Source: an uncultured bacterium (GTDB lineage: Bacteria; Krumholzibacteriota; Krumholzibacteriia; LZORAL124-64-63). From it: a DNA stretch of 64,000 nucleotides. Shown piece after piece: positions 34,110-43,882 of this stretch (positions within the stretch are counted from its first letter, which is position 1; each line of letters starts with the position of its first letter). Made by a program: the position numbers and the translations under genes. Under the pieces are notes generated by a model. That model made no database searches. It was not told the origin of the DNA and worked only from the letters and a program-made list of their open reading frames with translations. The stretch lies in the NCBI GenBank assembly GCA_963732385.1, contig CAVSZB010000005.1:64001-128000 (forward strand), in the 5' to 3' direction.

Positions 34110-35894
34110 TCAGTAGTAGTACCAGATCGAGGCGTACTCCTCCAGGTTCTCGCCGAGGGCATCCAGGCGTTCCAGATAGCCGAGGATCGGGACATCGGCG
34201 CCGACGTAGGAGTTGAACTCCGTAATGCCCTTCTCCCAGGAGTGGTACTCGTAGACGCGGGCGCCGTCGGGCAGCACCGAGATGAGATCACGATCCTGGC
34301 TGGAGCGCAGGTAGTTCTTGCCGAGGCCGGGCAGGTTGAAGACCGGCTCGTCGGTGCGGCGCAGGCCCGGCAGGAGCCGGGCCTCCTCCTTCTGTTCCTG
34401 CACGAGGCGCGCGATCGGCACGCGATACGTCCTGGTCTCCTCCTTCCCCTTGGGCGCGAACGTGTAATAGGGATCGATGCCGCAGCGGCGCAGGAGCATG
34501 CGCAGGCGGGCCGCCTCGAAACGGCGTGAGACGAAAAATGTGAACACCAGCTGATTGTAGATGCCGACCCCCTGGCGCCGCAGGCGGTCCACGGCGGCCA
34601 CCAGCTCCGGCGTGATCTCGTACGGGTGCTGCACGTGGGTCACGAGGCAGACTTCGCGCCGTCCCGGCCGCCGCGCCGAGCCGATGATCCGCGCCAGCTT
34701 GTCGGTGATCCTCAGCGGCAGGGTGACCGGAACACGGCTGCCGATCCGGATCAGATCGAGGCTCGGCACGCGATCCAGCCGCTCGAGCAGGGCCGCGATC
34801 GCCTCGTCCGGCATGGCCAGCGGGTCGCCGCCCGTCACGAGCACCTCGCGCACGGAGGGATGCGTTTCGAGCCAGCGGCAGGCCTCCTCCAGGGTCCGGG
34901 CGGACGGGAACGCGTCCGGCGCCATCGCCTCGTCGATCTCCCAGTTGCGCTGGCAATAGACGCAGATCTGCGGGCAGGTGTTGAACGGCTTGAGGATCGC
35001 CACGGCGGGATAGCGACGTGTGACGAGATCGATGGGCGAGGTGTCGCGCTCGAGCATGAAGTCGCACGCCTGATCCTGGGCGCCGCGGTGCGCGGTCATC
35101 TCGCGCACGTAATCGCGGGGCGGCAGCACCTGCGCGCGCAGGGACCGGTCGCGTCCTGCCTCCGGATCGTCGTCCAGAAGCGCGGCGTAGAAGGGGGTGA
35201 CGCCGAACGGCAATGCCGCCGCGCGGGCCGCGCGCGCGCTCGCCAGCTCCTCCGCGCTCAGGGTGGCCGCGCGCGCAAGCTGGTCCGGTTCGACGATCAC
35301 GTTGGCGAGGTGCCAGCGCCAGTCGGACCAGTCGGCCGCGCTGCCGCCGAGCGCCTGCAGCACCTTCTCACGTCGGGCGGCGCGGCGCGCGATCGCCTCC
35401 GCCGCCAGTCCGTCGGCGTACCGCGCCATCGTGGTCTCGACCCGGTCCCAGAGCAGATCGAGATCGTCGGAACGTGCGCGCGATGCCTCGCGGCCGGCCA
35501 GCGGCGGCCGCGGCTCCGGCTCGGGCGGAGCCTGGTTCAGCCAGGCCGCCAGACCACGCGCCAGGGCGAGCATCTCGGCGTAGAAGCCCGGGGTGAGATC
35601 GGGGCGCGGCCGGCCGCGCGCCAGATCCCACAGGGCCCCGGCCACGCTGAAGCCCGAGAGTTTTTCGGAGTTCTCCGTCAGCATGCCGCGCAGGGCGCGG
35701 GCGCAGTCGCGCGCCCGCACGTAGCGCAGGCTCTCGTGGCCGGCGCTCGCTTCCATGACATCATGCTGGAGTCGGGTCACCAGAACGTACAGGCGGCGGC
35801 GGGCCGTGGCCGATGTGGCGCAGTCGGCAATGCGGACGAGCAGAGGGGCGGCCTCCGCGAGGAAGGTCGCGCGGTCGGTGCCGGGGATCGGCAT
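34110..35894 (-). CDS. KamA-family radical SAM/PLP aminomutase, long form (possibly glutamate 2,3-aminomutase-like)
   Basis: DWRWHL, VTRRYP, CPQICVYC, VLVTGGDPL, RIGSRVPV..P.RIT, PYY, PGLGK. Confidence 0.85.
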   Translation of the reverse strand: MPIPGTDRATFLAEAAPLLVRIADCATSATARRRLYVLVTRLQHDVMEASAGHESLRYVRARDCARALRGMLTENSEKLSGFSVAGALWDLARGRPRPDLTPGFYAEMLALARGLAAWLNQAPPEPEPRPPLAGREASRARSDDLDLLWDRVETTMARYADGLAAEAIARRAARREKVLQALGGSAADWSDWRWHLANVIVEPDQLARAATLSAEELASARAARAAALPFGVTPFYAALLDDDPEAGRDRSLRAQVLPPRDYVREMTAHRGAQDQACDFMLERDTSPIDLVTRRYPAVAILKPFNTCPQICVYCQRNWEIDEAMAPDAFPSARTLEEACRWLETHPSVREVLVTGGDPLAMPDEAIAALLERLDRVPSLDLIRIGSRVPVTLPLRITDKLARIIGSARRPGRREVCLVTHVQHPYEITPELVAAVDRLRRQGVGIYNQLVFTFFVSRRFEAARLRMLLRRCGIDPYYTFAPKGKEETRTYRVPIARLVQEQKEEARLLPGLRRTDEPVFNLPGLGKNYLRSSQDRDLISVLPDGARVYEYHSWEKGITEFNSYVGADVPILGYLERLDALGENLEEYASIWYYY

Positions 35895-36030
35895 CGGGCA
35901 TCTCTCCTGTGCGCTTGCCGGTGAGGAGCCGGCGACGAGGGCTCCGTTCGGAATCGCCCGGGAGAGGGCGCGACGGAGGCCGTTACGTGTAGAGTAGCGC
36001 GAACGACGGCCCGGGGCAACGCCAGCCCGG

Positions 36031-36066
36031 ACAAACGAACGGGGGCGGCGTCCGCCGCCGCCCCCC
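36031..36066 (-). terminator. Probable intrinsic terminator of the 36091-37302 gene
   Basis: 10-bp GC stem GGGGGCGGCG/CGCCGCCCCC followed on the minus strand by GTTCGTTTGT. Confidence 0.5.
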
Positions 36067-36090
36067 TCCGCACTTCGGACGGTGTCCGCC

Positions 36091-37302
36091 TCAGGGCAGC
36101 AGCGTTCCGCCCCATTCGACGACCGTCGCGCCGTTTCTCACGAACGTATTCACCGGCGGCTCCGGCAGCGTCTCGCGCGTATCGCACCCCTGGAAAACGA
36201 ACCACAGCCGCAGCAGCGAAGCGGGCGTCGGCGTGATGGCGAGTTCGACCCAGGGATCCAGGTCCGCCCCCACGAGGGGATGCACCCGATAGAAGGGCCG
36301 CTGGCCGAGCCTCTCGAGCCAGTAGACGAGGAAATCGCGCCGCTCGGCCGCGGTGAGACCGTATCGGGTCAGCAGAGCGTCCAGACCCGGCTCCAGGTCG
36401 GCCGCGGCCAGGCACCACCCCCGGGACAGGGCCGGCAGACGCGACAGGGAGGCCTCGTAGAAGAGATAGTCGTACCGGTCGTTGATGCGCCCGGTCGGCT
36501 CGACCTGCACGACCCAGCCCTGGCCGTAGTCGGGAATGCTCCTGGTCAGGCGCGTCCCCTGGTGCAGGGCGAGACAGACCTGAAAGCGGCCGGCCGTCTC
36601 CGGATAGATGTAGATGGCCGGCTTGTCGACATTGATGTCCTGCAGCCAGAGCGTGTCTAGTCCCGCGGCCGAAAGACCGTCGCAGAAGAAAACGTCGCTC
36701 TCCGCCGACACGAACGCGGGTCCGGTCTCCCCGGTCGCCAGCGTGGCCGACACACAGTAGTTGCCCGTGGCCACCGTCGTGAAGGCATACGCACCGTCAG
36801 CCGCCGCCAGCGTGCTGTCGGTGGCCACGAAACGCGCGCCGGCGAGGCGATGGAGTTTCACGCTGGCCTGCCCGGCCGGCTCTCCGGTGATCCCTTGCAT
36901 CGCCGTCCCGCCGACCTCTCCGGCCACATCGATCGCCTGCAGCCGCAGACACAGATCTCCAGCGATCTTTCCGTCGACCGTCACCGGCGCCGAGCACGGG
37001 CTGACATAGGAGGGACGCGCAGCGTAAAGCGTATAAGATCCGCCATTGAGACCGCCGAACGCAAAACGACCGCGAAAATCGGCGAGGGTGCTGTCGATAA
37101 CGGTCACGTACGGAGCGAACCACGAGATGAGCGGCAGCAGGTACACGGTCGTGCCTTCGGGAGAAGCAAGCGGAGCGGGCATCTCGATCGTGCCGGTGAT
37201 GTCGGGGGGCGTGGTTCCGGTGGGGGTGCTGTCGCAGCCTGCGGCCAGCAGAGCGCCGATGAGGACGAGGAGGACGAGGGTGAATATCGGTCGGTAATTC
37301 AT
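36091..37302 (-). CDS. Lipoprotein with two carboxypeptidase-regulatory-like beta-sandwich repeats and an uncharacterised C-terminal domain
   Basis: Lipobox AAGC; repeated DSTLA...G.(F/Y)AF..(L/V)..G.Y; C-terminal DKPAIYIYP...YDYLFYEA...VVEWGG. Confidence 0.7.
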   Translation of the reverse strand: MNYRPIFTLVLLVLIGALLAAGCDSTPTGTTPPDITGTIEMPAPLASPEGTTVYLLPLISWFAPYVTVIDSTLADFRGRFAFGGLNGGSYTLYAARPSYVSPCSAPVTVDGKIAGDLCLRLQAIDVAGEVGGTAMQGITGEPAGQASVKLHRLAGARFVATDSTLAAADGAYAFTTVATGNYCVSATLATGETGPAFVSAESDVFFCDGLSAAGLDTLWLQDINVDKPAIYIYPETAGRFQVCLALHQGTRLTRSIPDYGQGWVVQVEPTGRINDRYDYLFYEASLSRLPALSRGWCLAAADLEPGLDALLTRYGLTAAERRDFLVYWLERLGQRPFYRVHPLVGADLDPWVELAITPTPASLLRLWFVFQGCDTRETLPEPPVNTFVRNGATVVEWGGTLLP

Positions 37303-37457
37303 GGCATCTCCCTCTGCGATGCCGCGCACCAGGCTGGGCGACGCCCGCTCCACGGCGGTCCGGGGGACAAGGATCCCCCTGAAGATTCCCCCGCCAAAAC
37401 GTACGGGATGCCCGGCATTCGCGCCAGCCCGGGAGGGCGACCGGCGCCGGGCCGTCC

Positions 37458-37835
37458 CTATGACTCCGGTGTCGGCCGATCCGAAGTCGGCAGCTCGTGC
37501 TGCCGCAGAAAGGAAAGCTGGTCCCAATACCCGCGCTGGAAACGGATGCGACCACCAACGACGTGGAAGAATCCGCATCCCCGAAGTCCCCCGGGGTCCC
37601 GCCATTCGAGAATCGCCCAGTCGCCGTCCGCGAAGAGATTCTCCACGATGCACACCATCTCCGCCCGCGCGAATTCGCGCTGAAACATGGCCGCGATGGC
37701 GGCCCGCCCTGCGGTGGGCTCCCACATGACCTGGTGGTTGATCGCGTCATCCTCGTAGAGTGCGGCGAGGCCCGCAACATCGGCGCGATTGAAAGCATCG
37801 ACCCACGCGCGAACAACGTCTTTCGGTGCTTGCAT
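37458..37835 (-). CDS. NTF2/SnoaL-like protein
   Basis: VVRAWVDAFNRAD...LYEDDA.NHQV, LEWRDP.GLRGCGFF, FQRGYWD. Confidence 0.85.
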   Translation of the reverse strand: MQAPKDVVRAWVDAFNRADVAGLAALYEDDAINHQVMWEPTAGRAAIAAMFQREFARAEMVCIVENLFADGDWAILEWRDPGGLRGCGFFHVVGGRIRFQRGYWDQLSFLRQHELPTSDRPTPES

Positions 37836-37884
37836 CTCTCTCCCGGCGGCAGACTTCCATCTCCCGCGGATGGCCTGGTTGGTT

Positions 37885-38118
37885 CGCCGATGTGCTCGAG
37901 GATCCGCGCGGATTCGCCGCGATCGACCGGGAACTCATCCGCGTCTTCGCCAGCCAGTTGGCGGTGTCGCTGGAGAATCTACGTCTCAGCCACGAGATCG
38001 TCGAGCCCCAGAAGGAGGCCGTCCTCACGCTCGGCGGCGTAATCGAAACCCGCTCCAAGGAGACCGCGGGCACGTGCCGCGCATCGTGGAGTGCGCGGCC
38101 CTGCTCCGGATGGTGTGA
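37885..38118 (+). pseudogene. Relic of an HD-GYP (RpfG-like, possibly DUF3369-type) signalling gene
   Basis: LIRVFASQLAVSLENLRLSHEIVEPQKEAVLTLGGVIETRSKETAG continues in another frame as HVPRIVECAALL, then stops. Confidence 0.65.
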
Positions 38119-38172
38119 CGCCGGCCGGCGGGCAGCCGCCGTTCCCGCTCCCCAGCGCACGCAACACAACGG

Positions 38173-38201
38173 ATGACTCCGGGACCCCTCTGCTCTATAA
38201 T
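38173..38201 (+). promoter_or_regulatory. Putative sigma70-type promoter of the histidine kinase
   Basis: ATGACT-N17-TATAAT; a perfect -10 box in a very GC-rich background. Confidence 0.5.
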
Positions 38202-38332
38202 GATCCGTCGGTCGACCATGGTCGGCCAAAGTGTAGATGCGGGGGAAGGCATGAGCCTCGCTCGGCTGCTGCACGCCCGCAGCGCCAGACCGGGCTTCCA
38301 ATGCTGATCGTGCGGGCCGGAGGGATCGGACC

Positions 38333-41300
38333 ATGATACCGTCCCGACCCGGCATCGACCTGCGCTCCTCTCTGCTCTACGCGCTGCTCGGCGGCGCGTG
38401 GATCCTCTTCTCGGACCGCCTCTTACTCTCTATGAGCCGCGATCCCGTGGCGTTTGCGCGCGTGCATAGCTGGGAGGGCTGGGTCTTCGTGCTCGGCAGT
38501 GCGCTCTTCATCTTTGCTCTCCTGCGGGTCGAATTGATCAGGCGTCACCGCACCGAAACCGCCCTGTACGCCAGAGAGGAACGTTTCCGCCACATCGCCG
38601 AGCGGATTTCCGACGTCGTCTCCGTCTGGGACGAACGGTCGCGCATCACCTACGTCTCGCCTTCGGTCACCCGCGTGCTGGGATACGAACCGCAGGAGAT
38701 CCTCGCCTGGCGCAACCCGTCCGCTTTCATCCACGCGGAGAGCCAACCGGACTTCAAGGCCCTCCGGGAGAGGATCCTGACCGGGGCCGTCTCAGACATC
38801 GAGCGACTGGAAATCCGCTTCAAGCGCAAGGACGGGACCTGGGCCTGGCTGGATCTGGAGGCCACGCCGTTCCAGGCCGACAAACGGTTCGGGGGCCTGC
38901 AGGTCATCGCCCGCGACGTCACCGAACGCAAACTGGCGGAGGATGCGCTGCGCCAGAGCGCACGCAGCTATCGGGGCATTTTCAATGCCGCCACGGACGC
39001 CATCTTCGTGCACGACGCCGCGACCGGGACCATTCTCGACGTCAACGACGCCGCACTGCGCCTGTTCGAGGTCGACCGGGCGGAAGCTCTGAACCTGACT
39101 CCCGACGCGGCCAACCTCGGCGTCAGCCCCTATTCGGCGGTCGAGGCGAGACAGTGGATGGCCAGGGCGATCGCCGAGGGACCCCAGCTGTTCGAGTGGC
39201 TGGCCAGGAAGAAGAGCGGCGAGCTGTTCTGGGTCGAAACCGCCCTGAAATGCGCCGAACTTGACGGTCAGCAACGCGTGCTGGCGCTCGTGCGCGACAT
39301 CAGCGAGCGCAAGCGCACCGCGGAGGTGTTGCAGGAGAAGCACGAGGAACTGGAGCGCTTCTTCGGCCTCACGCTCGATCTGATGTGCATCGCCGACATG
39401 GACGGCCACCTCCTGCGCGTGAACCATTCCTGGAAACTGATGCTCGGCCATGATCTGCAGCAGATGCAGGGGCGGAAGTTCCTCGAGTTCATCCACCCCG
39501 ATGATGTCCAACCGACGCTCCAGGCGATCGCCGCCCTGTCCGCGGGCCGGGATGTTGTCGACTTCAGCAATCGATATCGCGGCCAGGACGGCAGCTACCG
39601 CTGGATCGAGTGGCGCGCGACCCCCTATCAGGGCAGGCTGATCTACGCCGTGGCCCGCGACATCACAGAGCGCAAGCGCGCGGAACACCAGTTGATCCTG
39701 CAGCGCGATCTCGGCCTCGCCCTGGGCAACTCCCGCGACCTGGCCGAAACGGTGCGGCTCTGCGCCGAGGCGGGAATCGCCACGTCCGGCCTGGAATGCG
39801 GCGGCGTCTATCTGGTGAACCGGGCCACCGGCCTGTTCGAGCTGGCCTATCACCACGGCTGTTCCGAAGCCTTTGCGCGGACCGCGCGCCACTACGAACC
39901 CGACGCAAACCAGGCCCGGCTTTTCCGGGAGGGGCAAGCATTCTATGCCAACTTCCGCGAACTCCCCCCGCCCGCGGCCGCGTCGGGGTTGCGCGAAGGT
40001 CTCAAGGCCCTCGCCATCTGTCCCATCCGGCAGCACAACCAGGTCATCGGTTCGCTCAACCTCGCCTCGCACGTCCACGAAAGCGTGCCGGAATTCTCCC
40101 GCGCCGCCCTCGAGGCCATCGCCGGCCAGGTCAGCCAGGCCATCGCCCGCGACCAGACCCTGGCGGCGCTGCAGGCCAGCGAGCGCAGCTACCGGGAGAT
40201 CTTCAACGGTGCGGACGACGCCATCTACGTGCACGACTCAGTCACCGGCGCCATCATCGACGCCAACGCCTCGATGCGCATCATGTTCGGATTCGGCGAC
40301 GGGGATATTTCGGGCTTGAACCTCGATGAAGTCAGCCTCGGCACCAGTCCCTACTCGGCGGTGGAGGGCGAGCAGTGGCTGGTGAAGGCCGCCACGGAGG
40401 GCCCGCAGCGATTCGAGTGGCTGTCCCGGAAGAAGAGCGGCGAGCTGTTCTGGGTGGAGGTGTCCCTCAAGAGCGCTCAAATCGCCGGGCAACCGCGACT
40501 GCTGGCCCTGGTGCGCGACATCACGCAGCGCAAGCAGACCGAGGAGGCGCTGGCTCGCGAGCGGCTCTTCACCAATGCGGTGCTCGACAGCGTGCCCGGC
40601 CTGCTCTACCTGTACGATGAGAAGGGTCGGCTGGTCCGCTGGAACCGGCGGCACGAGGAGATGACCGGCTACTCGGGCGAGGAACTGCGCGACCGGTACC
40701 TGCTCGACTGGTTCGAAGGCGAGGACAGGGCGCAGGTCGCGCGGGGCATTTTGCGCGGCGGACATGACAGGCACACGAGCGTCGAGGCGAACCTGAAAAC
40801 GAAAGACGGCCGGCAGGTGCCCTTCCTCTTCACTGCCGTACCCCTGGTCATCGACGGGCGGCAATACGTCACCGGCATCGGCCTCGACATCAGCGAGCGC
40901 AGGCGGACAGATGAGGAGTTGCGGCAGCTCCGGCAGGAACTGGCGCACGTGGGGCGCACGCTCACGCTCGGCGAGCTTGGCTCCTCCATCGCGCACGAAC
41001 TCAACCAGCCGCTCACGACGATCCTCAGCAATGCCCAGGCCGCCCGGAACTTTCTTGACCGCGACCCGGTCGATCTCGGGGAGGTGCGGCACGCACTGGC
41101 CGACATCGAACGCGCGGACCGCCATGCAGGCGAGGTCATCCAGCGCCTGCGCAATTACATCGGCCGCAAGGAGGCCCCGCACGAGCTGGTGGATCTGAGC
41201 CAGGCGATCCGTGACGTGCTGCGCCTCGTCCGCGCCGAGGCCGCGTCGCGCGACATCATGACGATCGCCCACCTCGCGCTCAATCTGCCGCTCGTCTGCG

Positions 41301-41650
41301 GCGACCGCGTGGCGCTGCAGCAGGTGCTGCTGAATCTGATCGTCAACGCCTTCGACGCGGTGCGCCAGGTCCCTCCGTCCGAGCGCCAGGTGACCGTGCG
41401 CAGCCAGCGCGAGGAAGGCGACACGGTCGCGGTCACCGTCAGCGACACCGGGCCGGTCCTGGCGCCGCACGTGCAGGAGATGCTGTTCGAGCCGTTCTTC
41501 ACGACCAAGCCTGACGGACTCGGCCTGGGACTGTCACTGAGCCGTTCGCTCGTCGAGGCGCACGGCGGCCAGGCGTGGGCCGCCCCTCACCCGGAAGGCG
41601 GCATGACCTTCGGCTTCCGCCTGCCGATCGCCCGGAAGAACCCGGCCTGA
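38333..41650 (+). CDS. Membrane-anchored multi-PAS/GAF sensor histidine kinase
   Basis: 2 TM, five PAS/PAC units ending RD(I/V)(T/S).RK-like, one GAF, H-box IAHELNQPL, QVLLNLIVNA, FEPFFTTKPDGLGLGL. Confidence 0.93.
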   Translation: MIPSRPGIDLRSSLLYALLGGAWILFSDRLLLSMSRDPVAFARVHSWEGWVFVLGSALFIFALLRVELIRRHRTETALYAREERFRHIAERISDVVSVWDERSRITYVSPSVTRVLGYEPQEILAWRNPSAFIHAESQPDFKALRERILTGAVSDIERLEIRFKRKDGTWAWLDLEATPFQADKRFGGLQVIARDVTERKLAEDALRQSARSYRGIFNAATDAIFVHDAATGTILDVNDAALRLFEVDRAEALNLTPDAANLGVSPYSAVEARQWMARAIAEGPQLFEWLARKKSGELFWVETALKCAELDGQQRVLALVRDISERKRTAEVLQEKHEELERFFGLTLDLMCIADMDGHLLRVNHSWKLMLGHDLQQMQGRKFLEFIHPDDVQPTLQAIAALSAGRDVVDFSNRYRGQDGSYRWIEWRATPYQGRLIYAVARDITERKRAEHQLILQRDLGLALGNSRDLAETVRLCAEAGIATSGLECGGVYLVNRATGLFELAYHHGCSEAFARTARHYEPDANQARLFREGQAFYANFRELPPPAAASGLREGLKALAICPIRQHNQVIGSLNLASHVHESVPEFSRAALEAIAGQVSQAIARDQTLAALQASERSYREIFNGADDAIYVHDSVTGAIIDANASMRIMFGFGDGDISGLNLDEVSLGTSPYSAVEGEQWLVKAATEGPQRFEWLSRKKSGELFWVEVSLKSAQIAGQPRLLALVRDITQRKQTEEALARERLFTNAVLDSVPGLLYLYDEKGRLVRWNRRHEEMTGYSGEELRDRYLLDWFEGEDRAQVARGILRGGHDRHTSVEANLKTKDGRQVPFLFTAVPLVIDGRQYVTGIGLDISERRRTDEELRQLRQELAHVGRTLTLGELGSSIAHELNQPLTTILSNAQAARNFLDRDPVDLGEVRHALADIERADRHAGEVIQRLRNYIGRKEAPHELVDLSQAIRDVLRLVRAEAASRDIMTIAHLALNLPLVCGDRVALQQVLLNLIVNAFDAVRQVPPSERQVTVRSQREEGDTVAVTVSDTGPVLAPHVQEMLFEPFFTTKPDGLGLGLSLSRSLVEAHGGQAWAAPHPEGGMTFGFRLPIARKNPA
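39207..40455 (+). repeat. Internal PAS duplication; 28-bp identical copies at 39207-39234 and 40428-40455
   Basis: GGAAGAAGAGCGGCGAGCTGTTCTGGGT occurs twice within two similar PAS units. Confidence 0.8.
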
Positions 41651-41705
41651 CCGGCCACTTCCCACCGGTGGCCCAGGTGCGCTGCAGGCTGTTGCCTCGC
41701 CTGCA

Positions 41706-41735
41706 TTGACCGACCGGGGCCGGATCGGCTAGATT
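41706..41735 (+). promoter_or_regulatory. Putative sigma70-type promoter of pepF
   Basis: TTGACC-N18-TAGATT. Confidence 0.4.
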
Positions 41736-41791
41736 CGCGCCCATACCCCGACGTCACAACGCCACCCGTTCCCGGGTGCCTGCCAAGGGAG

Positions 41792-43762
41792 ATGCCTACC
41801 ATGTCCATGCCTTCGCTTCGTGCCGGGCAGCGCGCCACGCGTGCGATCGCCGGCCTCGCGCTGTCTGTGATGTTCTGCGCCGCGCTCGTCGGCGCGTCGT
41901 CCGCCGGCGACCTGCCCGCCTGCACACCCGACGCCACGGTGCAGCGCAGCGCAGTGCCCGATGTCTACAAGTGGAACATGGCGCCATTGTTCCCATCGGA
42001 CGGGGCGTGGGACAAGGGGCGCGTGAAGCTGCTGGCGGATATCCCGGCGCTGGCCAGGTACCAGGGCAGGCTCGGCGACCCGAAGGTGCTCGCGGACTGC
42101 CTCGACCACTACTTCCGGCTCCACGGCGACGCCAACTGCGTGACGCTGTACGCCAACATGAAGCTGACGACGGCGCAGTCCGACGACAAGGCGGGCGGCA
42201 TGCGGCAGCAGGCACAGGACGCGATGAACGAGCTGATGATGGCCGCCTCGTTCATCCGCCGCGAGGTACTCGCGCTGTCGGCCGACAAGGTGTCGATGAT
42301 CTTCGACGCTCAGCCGCGCCTCGACCCGTACCGGGCGTATCTCGAGGGCCTGCGGCGTCGCGCCTCGCGCGTGCTGAGCCCCGACGCTGAGCGCGCCCTG
42401 GCGCTGCTGGGCGACAACCTCTGGGCGGAGATCGACCTGAACGAGATGCCGTCGCCGCTCGAGGAATGCTTCAACGGCATCCTCAACGACATCCCCTGGC
42501 CGATGGTGAAAGACGAGCAGGGCCGCAACGTCCAGCTCACCCTGGCCAACTACAGCGTGTTCCGCCAGTCGCCCGATCGCGCCGTGCGCGAGGGGGCCGT
42601 CAACGCGTTCCTGGCCACGCTGCGGCAGTACCAGCACGCGCTGGCGGCGTCGCTCAGCGGGCAGTTCAAGCTGGACGTGGACTACGCTCGCGCGCGCGGC
42701 TACGACACTGCGCTGGCCGCCTACACCGACAAGGACAACGTCCCGACGGCGGTGTACGACAACCTGCTCTCCACCGTGGAGGCCAACCTGCCGCTGCTGC
42801 ACCGCTACGTGGCGCTGCGCAAGCAGGCGCTCGGGCTGCCCGACGTGCGCCTGTACGACCTCTACATCCCGCTGGCGGCGGGGGTAGAGGCCGACATCCC
42901 GTTCGCGCAGGCGCGGCAGACCATCATCGAGGCGCTCAAGCCGCTCGGCCCGGCATACGGCATGGTGCTCGCCGAGGGGCTCGACCCGCGCAGCGGCTGG
43001 CTCGACCTCTATCCGCACATGGACAAGGAGAGCGGCGCCTATTCTTCGAGCGTCTACGGGAAGCATCCGTACGTGAAGATGAACTACCAGAACTCGCTCG
43101 ACGACATGTCCACCCTGGCGCACGAGTACGGCCACGCCCTGCACAGCGACCTCGCCATGAAGGCGCAGTCGTACCCTGACTACCGCTACACGAACTTCCT
43201 GGCCGAGATCGCCTCGACCTGCAACGAGGCGCTGCTGAACGACTACCTGGTGGCGCGCGCGCCGGACGACGCGCAGAAGGCCTACCTGCTGGTGGGGCGC
43301 CTCGAGGACATCCGCACGACCATCTTCCGGCAGACGATGTTCGCGCATTTCGAACGCACGGTGCACGGCTACGTGGAGCAGGGCGTACCGGTTACGGCCA
43401 CGCTGCTCGACTCCACCTACACCGACCTGGTCCGCCGCTACTACGGCCCCGACTACAGGATCGACGCCAACGACGGCATGGAATGGGCCTACATCCCGCA
43501 CTTCTATTACAAGTACTACGTCTACGTCTACGCGACGGGGCTGTGCAGCGGCATCGCCATCGCCGACCGGGTGCGCGAGCTCGGCGCTCCGGCCATCGAC
43601 GCCTATCTCGGCATGCTCAAGGGGGGCAGCTCCCAGGCGCCGCTCACGCTGCTGCAGAAGGCGGGGGTCGACCTGACGAAGCCCGACGCCATCGCCGCCG
43701 CGATGCGCACCTTCGAGCGGACCCTGTCCGAGGTGGAGAAGCTGACGGCGAAGAAGAAGTAG
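41792..43762 (+). CDS. pepF: Oligoendopeptidase F (M3B) with signal peptide
   Basis: RSAVPDVYKWN, K.SGAY, TLAHEYGHALHS, AEIASTCNE, WAYIPHFY..YYVY.YATG. Confidence 0.92.
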   Translation: MPTMSMPSLRAGQRATRAIAGLALSVMFCAALVGASSAGDLPACTPDATVQRSAVPDVYKWNMAPLFPSDGAWDKGRVKLLADIPALARYQGRLGDPKVLADCLDHYFRLHGDANCVTLYANMKLTTAQSDDKAGGMRQQAQDAMNELMMAASFIRREVLALSADKVSMIFDAQPRLDPYRAYLEGLRRRASRVLSPDAERALALLGDNLWAEIDLNEMPSPLEECFNGILNDIPWPMVKDEQGRNVQLTLANYSVFRQSPDRAVREGAVNAFLATLRQYQHALAASLSGQFKLDVDYARARGYDTALAAYTDKDNVPTAVYDNLLSTVEANLPLLHRYVALRKQALGLPDVRLYDLYIPLAAGVEADIPFAQARQTIIEALKPLGPAYGMVLAEGLDPRSGWLDLYPHMDKESGAYSSSVYGKHPYVKMNYQNSLDDMSTLAHEYGHALHSDLAMKAQSYPDYRYTNFLAEIASTCNEALLNDYLVARAPDDAQKAYLLVGRLEDIRTTIFRQTMFAHFERTVHGYVEQGVPVTATLLDSTYTDLVRRYYGPDYRIDANDGMEWAYIPHFYYKYYVYVYATGLCSGIAIADRVRELGAPAIDAYLGMLKGGSSQAPLTLLQKAGVDLTKPDAIAAAMRTFERTLSEVEKLTAKKK

Positions 43763-43882
43763 CCTCTCCGGTCATCCGGCGGGACAGAAGAGGGCGTCCG
43801 CGCACGGCGGGCGCCCTCGTCGTTTGGTGCCCCTGTAAACGGCGCTTCGGCACGCCCTGCCCACGCCGTGTCGCGGCGCCGA

